Shown: positions 39,322 through 49,063, numbered from the stretch's first letter. The stretch is DNA of 64,000 nucleotides from Gammaproteobacteria bacterium (GCA_050740695.1 JBOIDR010000007.1:5643-69642), one strand, 5' to 3'. Notes: generated by a model from the sequence alone, not told the origin. A program made the numbers and translations.

Positions 39322-40644
39322 ATGCGGCCTAGGGATGGTTCGGAGCCACGCGCCATGGCCGCGCGCGTCCTGGCGGCCGTGATGGCGGACGGGCGGTCCC
39401 TGTCCGCGTCCTTGCCGGGGCATCTTGCGACCCTGTCCGATCCCAAGGACCGGGCCCTGGCACAGGAGATCTGCTACGGCGTCCTGCGCTGGCTGCCCCG
39501 CCTCGATTTCTGGCTCCGCCGGCTCCTCACCCGCCCGATGGAGCGGCAGGACCCCATCGTCGTAGCCCTCTTGCTCGCGGGGCTTTATCAGGCCGGCGGC
39601 TGGCTGCGCGTGCCCCCACACGCCGCCGTGGCGGCCACCGCCGAGGCGTGTCGGCGCCTGAAAAAACCCTGGGCGGTCCCGCTCGTCAATGCGGTCCTGC
39701 GGCGCTTCCTCGCCACGCGCGAGGCATGGACCCAGAGCACCGCCCCCGAAAGCGCACGTTTCGCGCACCCCGAGTGGCTCCTGTGCGCGTTTCGAACGGC
39801 CTGGCCCAGCGACTGGGAGGCCATCGCGACGGCAAACAACCAGCCCCCGCCGATGGCGATCCGGGTCAACTCGAGGCGTGCCACCCGCGATGCCTACCTG
39901 GCCGAGTTGCGCGACGCCGGGATCCCCGCCACCCCCGCGCCCCATGCCGATGGGGGGCTTTTGCTGGCGAGCCCGATGGAGGCGACGGCGCTGCCCGGTT
40001 TCGGAACGGGGGCCGCCTCCGTGCAGGACGCGGCTGGCCAGCTTGCGGCGCCGCTGCTCGACGTTCGGGCCGGTCACCACGTCCTCGACGCCTGCGCGGC
40101 GCCCGGCGGCAAGGCGGCGCATCTCCTCGAGATCTCACCCGGAGCCCACCTCGTGGCGGTGGACAAAGACCCCGGCCGATTGGTGTACGTATCGAGCACC
40201 CTGGAACGGCTCGGGCTGCAAGCGCGGGTCATGAACGGTGATGCGACCGATCCCAGTACCTTCTGGAACGGCCATCTCTTCGACCGCGTGCTCGTAGACG
40301 CCCCCTGCTCGGGGACCGGGGTCATACGCCGCCATCCCGATATCAAGTTCCTGCGTCGGCCATCGGACATCGCGCGCATGGCGCACGAGCAGTCCCGGTT
40401 GCTGGAAGTCCTGTGGCCGCTCCTCGCCCCCAAAGGTAAGCTCCTGTACGTCACCTGCTCCATCCTTCCTGCGGAAAATGCGCATCGCATCGATGCCTTT
40501 CTGGGCGCCCACCGGGACGCCCGGCTGGTGCCCATCGAGGCAGCCTGGGGCCGTGATACCAGCGCGGGCCGGCAGATCCTCCCGGGCGAGGACGGGATGG
40601 ACGGGTTCTTTTACGCCTTGCTCGAAAGGGCCGAGGGCGTTTAG
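39322..40644 (+). CDS. rsmB: 16S rRNA (cytosine967-C5)-methyltransferase RsmB
   Basis: 440 aa, …VLDACAAPGGKAAHL…DRVLVDAPCSGTGVIRRHPD…; consistent def-fmt-rsmB order. Confidence 0.93.
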   Translation: MRPRDGSEPRAMAARVLAAVMADGRSLSASLPGHLATLSDPKDRALAQEICYGVLRWLPRLDFWLRRLLTRPMERQDPIVVALLLAGLYQAGGWLRVPPHAAVAATAEACRRLKKPWAVPLVNAVLRRFLATREAWTQSTAPESARFAHPEWLLCAFRTAWPSDWEAIATANNQPPPMAIRVNSRRATRDAYLAELRDAGIPATPAPHADGGLLLASPMEATALPGFGTGAASVQDAAGQLAAPLLDVRAGHHVLDACAAPGGKAAHLLEISPGAHLVAVDKDPGRLVYVSSTLERLGLQARVMNGDATDPSTFWNGHLFDRVLVDAPCSGTGVIRRHPDIKFLRRPSDIARMAHEQSRLLEVLWPLLAPKGKLLYVTCSILPAENAHRIDAFLGAHRDARLVPIEAAWGRDTSAGRQILPGEDGMDGFFYALLERAEGV

Positions 40645-40998
40645 CCCGAAGCGGCGTCTCGCCGCGGCCAGCCCGAACGCACTCTTCCCTCCCCGGTCTA
40701 GGGCCACCGAACTACCGGCCGACCCGTCCGACGCAACAGTACCTGTTGCAAAGACCCGTTGAATTTCCTATCCTTTAACCACAAGGTCCACAGGGCGAAG
40801 CTGTGGGTATGTAGATAAATAACATCCCTGCCCACCAGAGCGCTACAATTATTTCGAACCCGGGAAACGAACTGGCCGCCTGCGCCATAAGTTCTTTACA
40901 TATCAGCTGCTTACGTCTCACACGTGCCCTCTTGCACCCACGGATTCCGCGGAGGAGCCACTAAATGCCGACAGCTAGATTCTCGGATCATATTTTCC

Positions 40999-41781
40999 AT
41001 GCGCCTACCACAAGATACGCTGCGAGACCACATCAACCAATTCGTCCTTGACGTTAAGTTCAAATGCATTCCATTTCGGGGTTACTACCGTTTCCGCTCG
41101 TACAAGTACATGAAGTGGATTGACCCTGAAATGGGGTTGCTAAGATTTGTCGTGGATCCCAAACGCATCAGCCTAGACGTTGGCGCGAATTATGGTCTTT
41201 TCACGCATTTCCTCGCCCGCTACTCTCCCCATGTCCATGCATTCGAGCCAAATCCGCTGCCGTTTAATGTGCTTAAACGCGTCGTGGATAGGAATGTTAC
41301 CGTATACCACATGGCGCTTACCGATCGGACCTCCGACGTCGAATTGGTTGTGCCGAGGGGACGGAAGGGGTGGACGAATAACGGTGCGTCCCTAGACCGA
41401 AAACGAGAAGGCCATTTCGCGATCGTCAAGGTGCCGGGAAGTCGCATCGACGATCTTGATCTCACAGACATCGGGTTCATCAAGATCGATGTCGAGGGAC
41501 ACGAGAACATCGTTCTCAAGGGTGCAATCGCTACTTTGCAGCGTGACCGTCCGAATCTGTTCCTGGAAAACGAATATGCGCATGTAGGTGCGGCGGCAGA
41601 CGACGTATTCAGATTACTTCGTGATCTAAACTACGACGGCTTTTTCCTTGGCGATGGTGTGGTTAAGCACATATCGCATTTTTCGTGGGAGCAATATCAA
41701 ATCGGGCCCCGCCGAGAATCAGGCAGATCTGAGCGCTACGTGAAGAACTTCATCTTTATACCAAAAGAAGGCCCTTCATAA
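40999..41781 (+). CDS. FkbM-family methyltransferase
   Basis: …ISLDVGANYGLFTHFLA…VHAFEPNPLPF…IGFIKIDVEGHENIVLKGA…, the Methyltransf_21/FkbM signature. The start is uncertain (track ORF starts at 40924). Confidence 0.75.
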   Translation: MRLPQDTLRDHINQFVLDVKFKCIPFRGYYRFRSYKYMKWIDPEMGLLRFVVDPKRISLDVGANYGLFTHFLARYSPHVHAFEPNPLPFNVLKRVVDRNVTVYHMALTDRTSDVELVVPRGRKGWTNNGASLDRKREGHFAIVKVPGSRIDDLDLTDIGFIKIDVEGHENIVLKGAIATLQRDRPNLFLENEYAHVGAAADDVFRLLRDLNYDGFFLGDGVVKHISHFSWEQYQIGPRRESGRSERYVKNFIFIPKEGPS

Positions 41782-42031
41782 GCACAGTCGATCCGACGTT
41801 CGGGCGGCACCGGCTAGCGTTTGCAATCAGGTTTGCTCACGCTGCTGCCCGAGGCCGGGCGGTCTTCGCCCGGTGGCTCCTGCGGTTTCGCGGTCCAGTC
41901 GGGGATGTCGTTTTCCACAGAGAAGGTCTCTGGTTCCAATACATCGATTCCTGATTGCGTCTCACCTTCCTACCACCCGCTAGCGAAATGGGAGAGTGGT
42001 ATGCCCAGGAAGTTCGGTTCGGTAGCTTCAT

Positions 42032-42676
42032 TCAAACACACGCTCCCAGGCACTTTGTAAATCGGCCGACGGCGAAATCATCGACCTCCAGCTGCCTTGC
42101 GACCGACTTGATTCGTGTTTGCGCATCTAGCGCACCAGTGTTTCGCCGGTTGATGCGCAGGGCCTTGCCGATGACGTCGAGAGCCTTCTTTAATCCGCTC
42201 ACGGGCTCGCCCGTGTGGGAGGTGTGCTGAGCCTTTTGAGCCTTTCGAGCATGGACGCGAGCGAGTAGCACGAACGAGATCAAATTAGGCGCGAGACGTT
42301 CGATGATCTCCCGTAGCAACGTCTCGGCTGCATCCAGTTTCCCCGATGCCTGCCAGAGGTCTGCCAACTGGGTGCGGCAGACAACATCGCGCGGAAAAGC
42401 GCGCATACTGTCGCGCAAGAGGATCTCAGCCTCGTCCTCGCGCTCAATATCCCGCAGCAACGCGGCTAGCTGGCTACGGCAATACTTGTCGGCGGGAAAA
42501 TCGCGTATCGCGTAACGCAAGACGGCCTCCACGAGCGCGTCACGGCCCATTGCACGCAAGGTCTCAGCGACTCTATTGCGGACGACCGCGTTGCTTGGGA
42601 ACCGCCGCACCGTTTCCCACTGAACCGCAAGGGCGTCCTCCTGCCGACCCAAGGCGGCGAGCGTTTTGGTCCACAC
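42032..42676 (-). CDS. TPR-like repeat protein; the reading frame is open upstream to 42814, so it is probably the C-terminal part of a frameshifted larger gene
   Basis: Repeated units of about 34 aa (…ALAVQWETVRRFPSN…, …EAVLRYAIRDFPAD…, …EILLRDSMRAFPRD…, …AETLLREIIERLAPN…). The codons upstream of the GTG read …GLEPDNPYLWDV with no start codon. Confidence 0.55.
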   Translation of the reverse strand: MWTKTLAALGRQEDALAVQWETVRRFPSNAVVRNRVAETLRAMGRDALVEAVLRYAIRDFPADKYCRSQLAALLRDIEREDEAEILLRDSMRAFPRDVVCRTQLADLWQASGKLDAAETLLREIIERLAPNLISFVLLARVHARKAQKAQHTSHTGEPVSGLKKALDVIGKALRINRRNTGALDAQTRIKSVARQLEVDDFAVGRFTKCLGACV

Positions 42677-42708
42677 GTCCCACAGATATGGATTGTCAGG
42701 TTCGAGGC

Positions 42709-43080
42709 CTAATGCCGTAAGACCCGGGTTTGAATCGTCAGGACCGTCGACCAGGGTGGGTGAGCAGACAAAAGGCTGTCGGACAGGGTGTGAACAGCAC
42801 GCACGACGGAACAGCTATCGCCGCTCGCCTCGGCATAGCGCCAGTGAAGGCGGGCTAATGCGCAGAGACTGTTCCATAGTCTTTCCGAGTAACCTCGCCT
42901 CCTGAGGTCGTAAATTAGCTCATCCAGGTCTTCTTTCGTAGGTGGGGCAACAGGCGTAGTCTCACCAATTGAGCGCCTGCGCTTATCGCCGGATGGACCG
43001 GAGGCTGGCGGTCGAGACCCGCTCGGCAGCAAGCCCAACGATTCAAGCTGCTGCGCAATCCAATCGCGCGCGCTTACCAT
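42709..43080 (-). CDS. Hypothetical protein, possibly the N-terminal part of the TPR gene
   Basis: 123-aa ORF. Its ATG overlaps the stop of the upstream ORF (ATGGTAA). Its 3' end overlaps the open TPR frame over 42709..42814. Confidence 0.4.
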   Translation of the reverse strand: MVSARDWIAQQLESLGLLPSGSRPPASGPSGDKRRRSIGETTPVAPPTKEDLDELIYDLRRRGYSERLWNSLCALARLHWRYAEASGDSCSVVRAVHTLSDSLLSAHPPWSTVLTIQTRVLRH

Positions 43081-43448
43081 CTTCGCCCCACCGAGCCCGC
43101 CGGAGCGGGGAAAAAGCCAGGAGAGAAATACTGGTCGAGCACCGTGGGTGCTGCAAATACCGGTCTGCCTCCCGCAACAGGCGGCACCGCCTCCACCTTA
43201 TAACGGAACAGTGCCAGCACCTTGGGATACCCAGCAAAATGATCCGAGAGGCCACACCGCTCGCAAAAGTGGACCAACCAGTCGTTGTCTTGGTCGAGAC
43301 TTGCAAACTCCGCGTCGAAGGCAATGAAAGTCGGGCGACGGTCGCTTCCAGTGATGTTAAGCGCCTCGGTCAGTGATTTTAGCCTCGCTGCATCCGGGCT
43401 CACCGGGTCCTTCAGACCTAACTTCCCCAGCGCTTTAAAGCTGCTCAC
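43074..43448 (-). CDS. Hypothetical protein (124 aa)
   Basis: GTG-start ORF MSSFKALGKLGLKDPV…PTFIAFDAEFASLDQDNDWLVHFCERCGL…. I recognise no family. Confidence 0.4.
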   Translation of the reverse strand: MSSFKALGKLGLKDPVSPDAARLKSLTEALNITGSDRRPTFIAFDAEFASLDQDNDWLVHFCERCGLSDHFAGYPKVLALFRYKVEAVPPVAGGRPVFAAPTVLDQYFSPGFFPAPAGSVGRRW

Positions 43449-43532
43449 ACTCTTCTCTTCAGCAATCCGTTTCGTTCTCGATTCGGTTATTTATCAAAGT
43501 GTTAATGCTCTGCGCCACTTGTGCTGCCTGGG

Positions 43533-43790
43533 CTAGGTCTCGCCTCCGCTCATCAAGGGAACTTCTTGGACGAGCAGTTCGTTCAGATCTTCCAGGCGCA
43601 AGACGAACTGATTCAGCGGGGGTCGGTACAGGGTGCTCTCGCCGAGACCAAAGGTTGCCGGTTCCTTGCCGTTTCCGCCGGGTACGAAATGATCGACATA
43701 ATTCTCGTGCGCAGCGCGCCAATCGGCCCATTGTGCCGGCGCCTTGGAGATCACATGCTCCTCGTACTCTTTGTGTCGCTGACCGCTCAT
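43533..43790 (-). CDS. Hypothetical protein (85 aa)
   Basis: ATG at 43790 is preceded by GGAGGAG with 3-5 nt spacing. It reads MSGQRHKEYEEHVISKAPAQWADWRAAHENYVDHFVPGG…. I recognise no family. Confidence 0.45.
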   Translation of the reverse strand: MSGQRHKEYEEHVISKAPAQWADWRAAHENYVDHFVPGGNGKEPATFGLGESTLYRPPLNQFVLRLEDLNELLVQEVPLMSGGET

Positions 43791-44173
43791 ACGCTCCTCC
43801 ATGAGCCGGGCCGTTGTGGCCCGAAAACCGTAGTGGCGGCACGAGCGGTCCTGGGGAATGCACAGAAGGGTTATGGCCGACACCCGCGTCGTAGGCTGTG
43901 ACGCGAGCGCCTGGCCGCGAATCCGTGCCCGGTTGAAGTAGTGATAGGATAACTTCGGTAACACCTATGAGTCGCTTTACGCGCTGCCTGGATATCGCGT
44001 GTATCTCGCGGCACGCATGGACACGAGTTTGTGAGCGCCGGGGGCGAACGACCCTATTTGGGCAAATCACTTAACGCATACTCATAGGAGAATGTTGTGC
44101 GAACAATTTACGTATTGATGGCTGAATTAGATCTTCACATTTTTGCTGTTGTAGAAGATCTGTGCAACCTTTT

Positions 44174-44660
44174 CATGCGGCTTTAAGTAATTGAATGACC
44201 TTTTCAATTGAGTCATCCGCCTTGTGCAACGCGGCTTCGATGGGACTCTTTGGCTGAAACTTGGGATCCGGGTGATGGTGAAATAGGCTGTTCGCCAAGG
44301 GTCCGCAGAGACGCTGGTGAAGAGAACGAAGAGGAGTGCGACTTTGACGCCTTTGGAGCTAAGGCGGTAGGCGTAGCAGGTACCATCGCGTTCGAGGAGT
44401 CCGTGGGCCCCCTCATCTTACCCAGATCGTAGCGCAGGTGGTTGAGCCCGTAGCGTCGGAATGGACAGACCGACATGTACCAGGAGTGCCTCATAAAGTT
44501 GGCTTACCCAGCTACCGACGATCGTGCAGCAGCATCTTGATGCCGGGATACCTCCTCCAGGTGCCGCGTCGCTTGGCGGTGAGTGAGGGCTGGTTTACGA
44601 TAGGCATACGTGTGCCCCGGTACACGGGTCCGGATCTCCGGCGCGCTGTGTAGGGTTCGC
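44174..44660 (-). pseudogene. Three-frame wreck of an uncharacterised gene, possibly IS-associated
   Basis: Consecutive minus-strand pieces lie in different frames: …RYGLNHLRYDLGKMRG…, …GLLERDGTCYAYRLSSKGVKVALLF…, …PIEAALHKADDSIEKVIQLLKAA*. Together they read like one winged-helix-type C-terminal region. Confidence 0.3.
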
Positions 44661-44701
44661 GCCCCCCCTACGGGAACCACTGACCTCGTCCGTTCGCGCT
44701 C

Positions 44702-45583
44702 ATGCTGGCCCGCTGCCCAGGCTGTGCCACGGTGTTCCGCGTCGCGCCCACCGACCTCAGGGCCGCGCGCGGGCTGGTGCGCTGCGGTGTCTGTTTCGGG
44801 GTCTTCGACGCCGTCGAAGCGCTCGAAGACCCGGCCCAGCCCATCCTCCCCGCGGCGGTGGTCGAAGCGCTGCCTGATCCGCCAGAGACCACGGGGCTAG
44901 ATCTCTCGGAAGAGACGGACCGGAATCCGAGCGAAGCGTGTTCGGCCGAACCCGAGAGAAAGAGAAATAGTAATGAAATTCCGCCCACGCGGTCGGCGGC
45001 GGTCCTCGGGCGAGCGGGAGCGTCAGCCGATCCGGATATCGGGACGGGACCCGTCACGACGCCGCCGCTCACCGCGCATGCCATGCTCCTGGCCAGCGAG
45101 CGCCCGCGCCCGCGCGGCCGGGCCGGGTGGGTGGCGCTCACGGCCCTGATGACGCTCTGCCTGTTCGCGCAGCTCGCCTGGTTTCGCGGCGCCGAGCTGC
45201 AGAGAGCTTACCCAGAGCTACAGGAACCCCTCGCAGCGGTGTGTGCCTTCGCCGGCTGCCGGCTACCGGGCCCGCGTGACCCCGGGGCCATGCGCGTCAT
45301 GGAACGCGATCTGCGCGAGCACCCGCGCTACCGGGACGCCCTGCTCGTCAACGCCATCCTGGTCAATCACGCGGCGTTCGCGCAACCCTATCCGATCCTG
45401 GAGCTCTGGCTCTACGACACGGAAGGCGCGGTCGTGGCCGGGCGGCGCTTCGAGCCCCGCGAATACCTGGACCGGGCCCTGGACGCCGACGGCCTCATGC
45501 CCGCCGGGCAGCCGCTCCATGTGGTCCTGGAACTGGTCGGCCCGAAGCGGCCTCCGGCCAGCTTCGAGCTCCGGTTTTTGTAG
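44702..45583 (+). CDS. Zinc-ribbon (MJ0042-type) / DUF3426 domain protein
   Basis: MLARCPGCATVFRVAPTDLRAARGLVRCGVCFGVFDA… then one TM helix and a C-terminal …ILELWLYDTEGAVVAGRRFEPREYL… domain. Confidence 0.8.
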   Translation: MLARCPGCATVFRVAPTDLRAARGLVRCGVCFGVFDAVEALEDPAQPILPAAVVEALPDPPETTGLDLSEETDRNPSEACSAEPERKRNSNEIPPTRSAAVLGRAGASADPDIGTGPVTTPPLTAHAMLLASERPRPRGRAGWVALTALMTLCLFAQLAWFRGAELQRAYPELQEPLAAVCAFAGCRLPGPRDPGAMRVMERDLREHPRYRDALLVNAILVNHAAFAQPYPILELWLYDTEGAVVAGRRFEPREYLDRALDADGLMPAGQPLHVVLELVGPKRPPASFELRFL

Positions 45584-45777
45584 TCTAGGTAGGTACTTGG
45601 CGCTCGCCGGCAGCGCCTCCGTGACAGTGCTTTCACGGCGCCGTCATTCGGGCTATCATCCGCAGCCGGGGAGTGGCCTGGGGCCAGGTAGGTCTCCGCT
45701 GCCCTGCCGCGTGGCTCCGTGAGGCTTCCGAACAAAACCATTTCCCGAGGATCGACTCCCTCCCGTGGATCACCACC

Positions 45778-46065
45778 ATGAGTAGCACCGCGCCCGAACC
45801 GGGCGCGAACGTAGAGGCGTTGCGTCAGGAACGCCGGCGCAGCCCGTTACGTCAATGCGTCAAGTGCTCGCTAGATATCTATTTCTCGGAGCTCGATGGC
45901 TTCACGCCGGCACCGCTCTACGATCTGGTGTTGTCCGAGGTCGAGCGCGCCCTCTTCGAGGTCGCGCTGTCCCGCACCCGCGGTAACCTCACCAAGACCG
46001 CCGAGCTTCTCGGGGTCAACCGGGGGACCTTGCGTAAGCGCCTGAAAAAGTATGATCTCTGCTGA
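45778..46065 (+). CDS. fis: DNA-binding protein Fis
   Basis: 95 aa ending …LYDLVLSEVERALFEVALSRTRGNLTKTAELLGVNRGTLRKRLKKYDLC. The ATG at 45778 lies inside track ORF 45673..46065. Confidence 0.9.
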   Translation: MSSTAPEPGANVEALRQERRRSPLRQCVKCSLDIYFSELDGFTPAPLYDLVLSEVERALFEVALSRTRGNLTKTAELLGVNRGTLRKRLKKYDLC

Positions 46066-46071
46066 CACCTC

Positions 46072-47646
46072 ATGGCGGCCATCCAACGTGCGCTGCTGAG
46101 CGTATCGGACAAGACCGGGCTCACCGCTCTCGGGGCTTATCTGGCGGGGCGCCACATCGAGATCCTGTCGACCGGCGGGACGGCGCGGCAGCTCCGGGAT
46201 CACGGGCTGCCCGTTTTCGAGGTCGCCGACTACACCGGTGCCCCGGAGATCCTGGGCGGGCGGGTGAAGACCCTGCACCCCAAGGTCCACGGCGGCATCC
46301 TGGCCCGACGTGGTCTCGATGAGACGCTCATGGCGGCGCATGGGATCGCGCCCATCGACCTCGTGGTCGTCAACCTCTACCCCTTCGAAGCGAGCGTCGC
46401 GCAACCCGGTTGCGGGCTCGCCGAGGCCATCGAGAACATCGATGTCGGCGGTCCTGCCATGCTGCGGGCCGGCGCCAAGAATTACCTGTCGGTGACCGTG
46501 GTGGTGGAGCCCGCGGATTACCCCCGCCTCATCGAGGAGATGGAGGCCAACTGCGGCGTGGTGCCGGAGGAGACACGCTATGAGCTGGCGTGCAAGGCCT
46601 TCGGCCATACCGCCCACTACGACGCCGCGATCGCCCGCTATCTCGCGGCGCGGGCGGGGGGCAGCGGGCCCCCAGACTTCGTAGGATTTCCGGCGCGCCT
46701 CTGTCTGGATCTCCAGAAGCGCGAGGACCTGCGCTATGGGGAGAACCCCCACCAGCACGGGGCCTTCTATGTCGAGCCGGCGCCCCCGGAGGGGAGCGTG
46801 GCGGCGGCGCGCATGCTCCAGGGCAAGCCGCTGTCCTACAACAACATCGCCGATGCCGACGCGGCCCTCGAATGCGCCTTCGCCTTCCGAGACCCGGTGT
46901 GCGTGATCGTCAAGCACGCGAACCCCTGTGGCGTGGCGCTCGGCACGACCCCCTTCGAGGCCTACGAGCGCGCCTACGAGGCCGATCCGACCTCCGCCTT
47001 CGGGGGTGTCATCGCCTTCAACCAGCCGCTCGACGAGGCCACGGCGGCGGCTATCCTGCGGCGGCAGTTCGTCGAGGTGATCGCGGCCCCCGAGGTCGAG
47101 CCGGGGGCCCTTGTGACGCTCCGCGGCAAGGCCGACGTGCGCGTCCTCGCCAGCGGCTATCCCGGATCCCCTGCGAGCCGCGGTTTCGACTGCAAGCGCG
47201 TCCAGGGCGGGCTCCTGGTCCAGGACCGGGACGATGCCGACGCCTCCCGTGATGCCCTGGAGGTCGTGACCCGGCGCGCCCCGACCGAGGCCGAGCTGTG
47301 CGATCTCCTGTTCGCCTTCCGGGTGGTCAAGTACGTGAAATCCAACGCCATCGTCTACGCCCACCGCGGGCAGACCGTGGGCATCGGGGCCGGCCAGATG
47401 AGCCGCGTGCAGAGCGCCAGGGTCGGTGTCGCCAAGGCCGCCGAGGCGGGGCTCGGGATAGCGGGTTCGGTCATGGCCTCGGACGCCTTCTTCCCGTTCC
47501 GCGACGGAATCGACGCCGCTGCGGGGGTCGGGGTAGCGGCCGTCATCCAGCCGGGTGGCTCGATGCGTGACCGGGAGATCATCGCCGCCGCCGATGAGCA
47601 CGGGCTGGCGATGGTCCTGACGGGGATCCGTCATTTCCGCCACTGA
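46072..47646 (+). CDS. purH: Bifunctional AICAR transformylase / IMP cyclohydrolase
   Basis: 524 aa, …[12 protein letters not shown]…VVNLYPFE…[11 protein letters not shown]…. Confidence 0.97.
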   Translation: MAAIQRALLSVSDKTGLTALGAYLAGRHIEILSTGGTARQLRDHGLPVFEVADYTGAPEILGGRVKTLHPKVHGGILARRGLDETLMAAHGIAPIDLVVVNLYPFEASVAQPGCGLAEAIENIDVGGPAMLRAGAKNYLSVTVVVEPADYPRLIEEMEANCGVVPEETRYELACKAFGHTAHYDAAIARYLAARAGGSGPPDFVGFPARLCLDLQKREDLRYGENPHQHGAFYVEPAPPEGSVAAARMLQGKPLSYNNIADADAALECAFAFRDPVCVIVKHANPCGVALGTTPFEAYERAYEADPTSAFGGVIAFNQPLDEATAAAILRRQFVEVIAAPEVEPGALVTLRGKADVRVLASGYPGSPASRGFDCKRVQGGLLVQDRDDADASRDALEVVTRRAPTEAELCDLLFAFRVVKYVKSNAIVYAHRGQTVGIGAGQMSRVQSARVGVAKAAEAGLGIAGSVMASDAFFPFRDGIDAAAGVGVAAVIQPGGSMRDREIIAAADEHGLAMVLTGIRHFRH

Positions 47647-47662
47647 CGATCTGAAGGTTCTG

Positions 47663-48943
47663 GTGGTCGGCGGCGGTGGCCGCGAGCACGCCCTGTGTTG
47701 GAAGCTCGCCCAATCGCCGCGCGTTTCCGAGGTCTATGTGGCGCCCGGCAACGCCGGGACGGCCGCCGAGCCCAAGGGGCAGAACGTCGCGATCGCGTCC
47801 GAGGACCTCACGGGACTCGTGCGCTTCGCGGTTGCGAACCGGGTAGACCTCACCGTCGTCGGCCCCGAGGGACCACTCTGCGCCGGGATCGTGGATGATT
47901 TCGAAGCGGCCGGCCTGTCCTGTTTCGGGCCGAGGCGCGCGGCCGCGGCCCTCGAAGGGTCGAAGTCCTACGCCAAGGGCTTCATGAACCGGCATGCGAT
48001 CCCGACCGCCGCCGGGGAGGGCTTTTCCGATCTCGATGCGGCGCGTGCCCACCTCTCGCGCCACGCTCTCCCGCTGGTCGTGAAGGCCGATGGCCTTTGC
48101 GCCGGGAAAGGGGTCGTGATCGCGCATACCCGAGGTGAAGCGCTCGCGGCGGCCGAGGCGATGCTGTCCGGAAAGGCCTTCGGTGCGGCCGGCCGGCGCA
48201 TCGTGGTCGAGGCGTTCCTCGACGGAGAGGAGGCCAGCTTCATCGCGCTCTGCGACGGGCGGGAGGCCCTGCCGCTGCAAAGCTCCCAGGACCATAAGGC
48301 GCTTGGGGACGGCGATCGGGGCCCCAATACCGGGGGCATGGGCGCCTACTCCCCGGCCCCGGTGCTCGGCCCCGCGGTCCATGAGTGCGTGATGCGAGAG
48401 GTGATCGCCCCGGCCTTGCGCGGTATGGCGGAGGAAGGCCATCCCTATCGGGGGTTTCTGTACGCCGGGCTCATGATCGCGCCCGATGGGAGCCCGCGCG
48501 TGCTCGAGTTCAACTGCCGCCTGGGGGACCCCGAGGCCCAGGTGCTGCTCATGCGCCTGTGCTCGGACCTGGTCGAGCCTCTGGAAGCGGCGCTCGCCGG
48601 CCATCTGGCCGGGCTCGCGCCGGAGTGGGATCCGCGTCCCGCGCTCGGGGTGGTGCTGGCCGCCCGGGGCTATCCGGGCACATACCGCAAGGGCGACGTG
48701 ATCACGGGCCTTCGGGACGCCGGCGATGCGGACACCCGGATCTTCCATGCGGGGACGGTCGCCGTGGGCGGCGCGGTGGTCACGGGGGGCGGCCGGGTCG
48801 CCTCGGTGTGCGCGCTCGGCGGCACGGTCGGCGAGGCCAGGTGGCGAGCCTACGAACGGCTGTCCCGGATCCACTTCGAGGGCATGCATTACCGCTGCGA
48901 CGTCGGCGATCGGGCGATCGCGCGAGAGCGCGTCCGCTCGTAG
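47663..48943 (+). CDS. purD: Phosphoribosylamine-glycine ligase
   Basis: …GGGGREHALCWKLAQSPRV…. The track start is GTG 47663. In-frame upstream codons read LKVLV, so a CTG start at 47651 cannot be excluded. Confidence 0.95.
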   Translation: MVGGGGREHALCWKLAQSPRVSEVYVAPGNAGTAAEPKGQNVAIASEDLTGLVRFAVANRVDLTVVGPEGPLCAGIVDDFEAAGLSCFGPRRAAAALEGSKSYAKGFMNRHAIPTAAGEGFSDLDAARAHLSRHALPLVVKADGLCAGKGVVIAHTRGEALAAAEAMLSGKAFGAAGRRIVVEAFLDGEEASFIALCDGREALPLQSSQDHKALGDGDRGPNTGGMGAYSPAPVLGPAVHECVMREVIAPALRGMAEEGHPYRGFLYAGLMIAPDGSPRVLEFNCRLGDPEAQVLLMRLCSDLVEPLEAALAGHLAGLAPEWDPRPALGVVLAARGYPGTYRKGDVITGLRDAGDADTRIFHAGTVAVGGAVVTGGGRVASVCALGGTVGEARWRAYERLSRIHFEGMHYRCDVGDRAIARERVRS

Positions 48944-49063
48944 TGCGATGACCGTCCATGTGTGCCATACTGGTGCGCCGGCGGGGAGTGGTGTGTTGTC
49001 CGTGGCCTCCGGCTATTAAGCTATTGGGTTGAATATAAAGACAATCAACTGATTCCAGGCCTA

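Larger units (their letters stand above)
40645..44701. other. AT-richer accessory island between rsmB and the DUF3426/fis locus
   Basis: The composition changes visibly (long A/T-rich stretches, e.g. 40780..40920 and 44080..44220). The genes have no housekeeping identity, and a multi-frame gene wreck sits at the right edge. Confidence 0.55.

Noticed and set aside
40966-41052. 28-codon ORF (MPTARFSDHIFHAPTTRYAARPHQPIRP) preceded by GGAGGA, just upstream of or overlapping the FkbM gene
   Set aside because: It is short and has no family resemblance. It may indicate a frameshifted FkbM N-terminus, but I cannot support that from sequence alone.
40700-44700. Weak similarity between ccgaactaccggccgacccgtccgacgc (about 40705) and ggaaccactgacctcgtccgttcgcgc (about 44672), considered as island att-like direct repeats
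   Set aside because: The match is only about two-thirds by eye and needs gaps. That is not distinguishable from chance in GC-rich sequence.
45871-48889. 590-aa and 436-aa minus-strand ORFs (45871..47643 and 47579..48889)
   Set aside because: Antisense to purH and purD. There are no recognisable motifs, and the sense genes are unambiguous.
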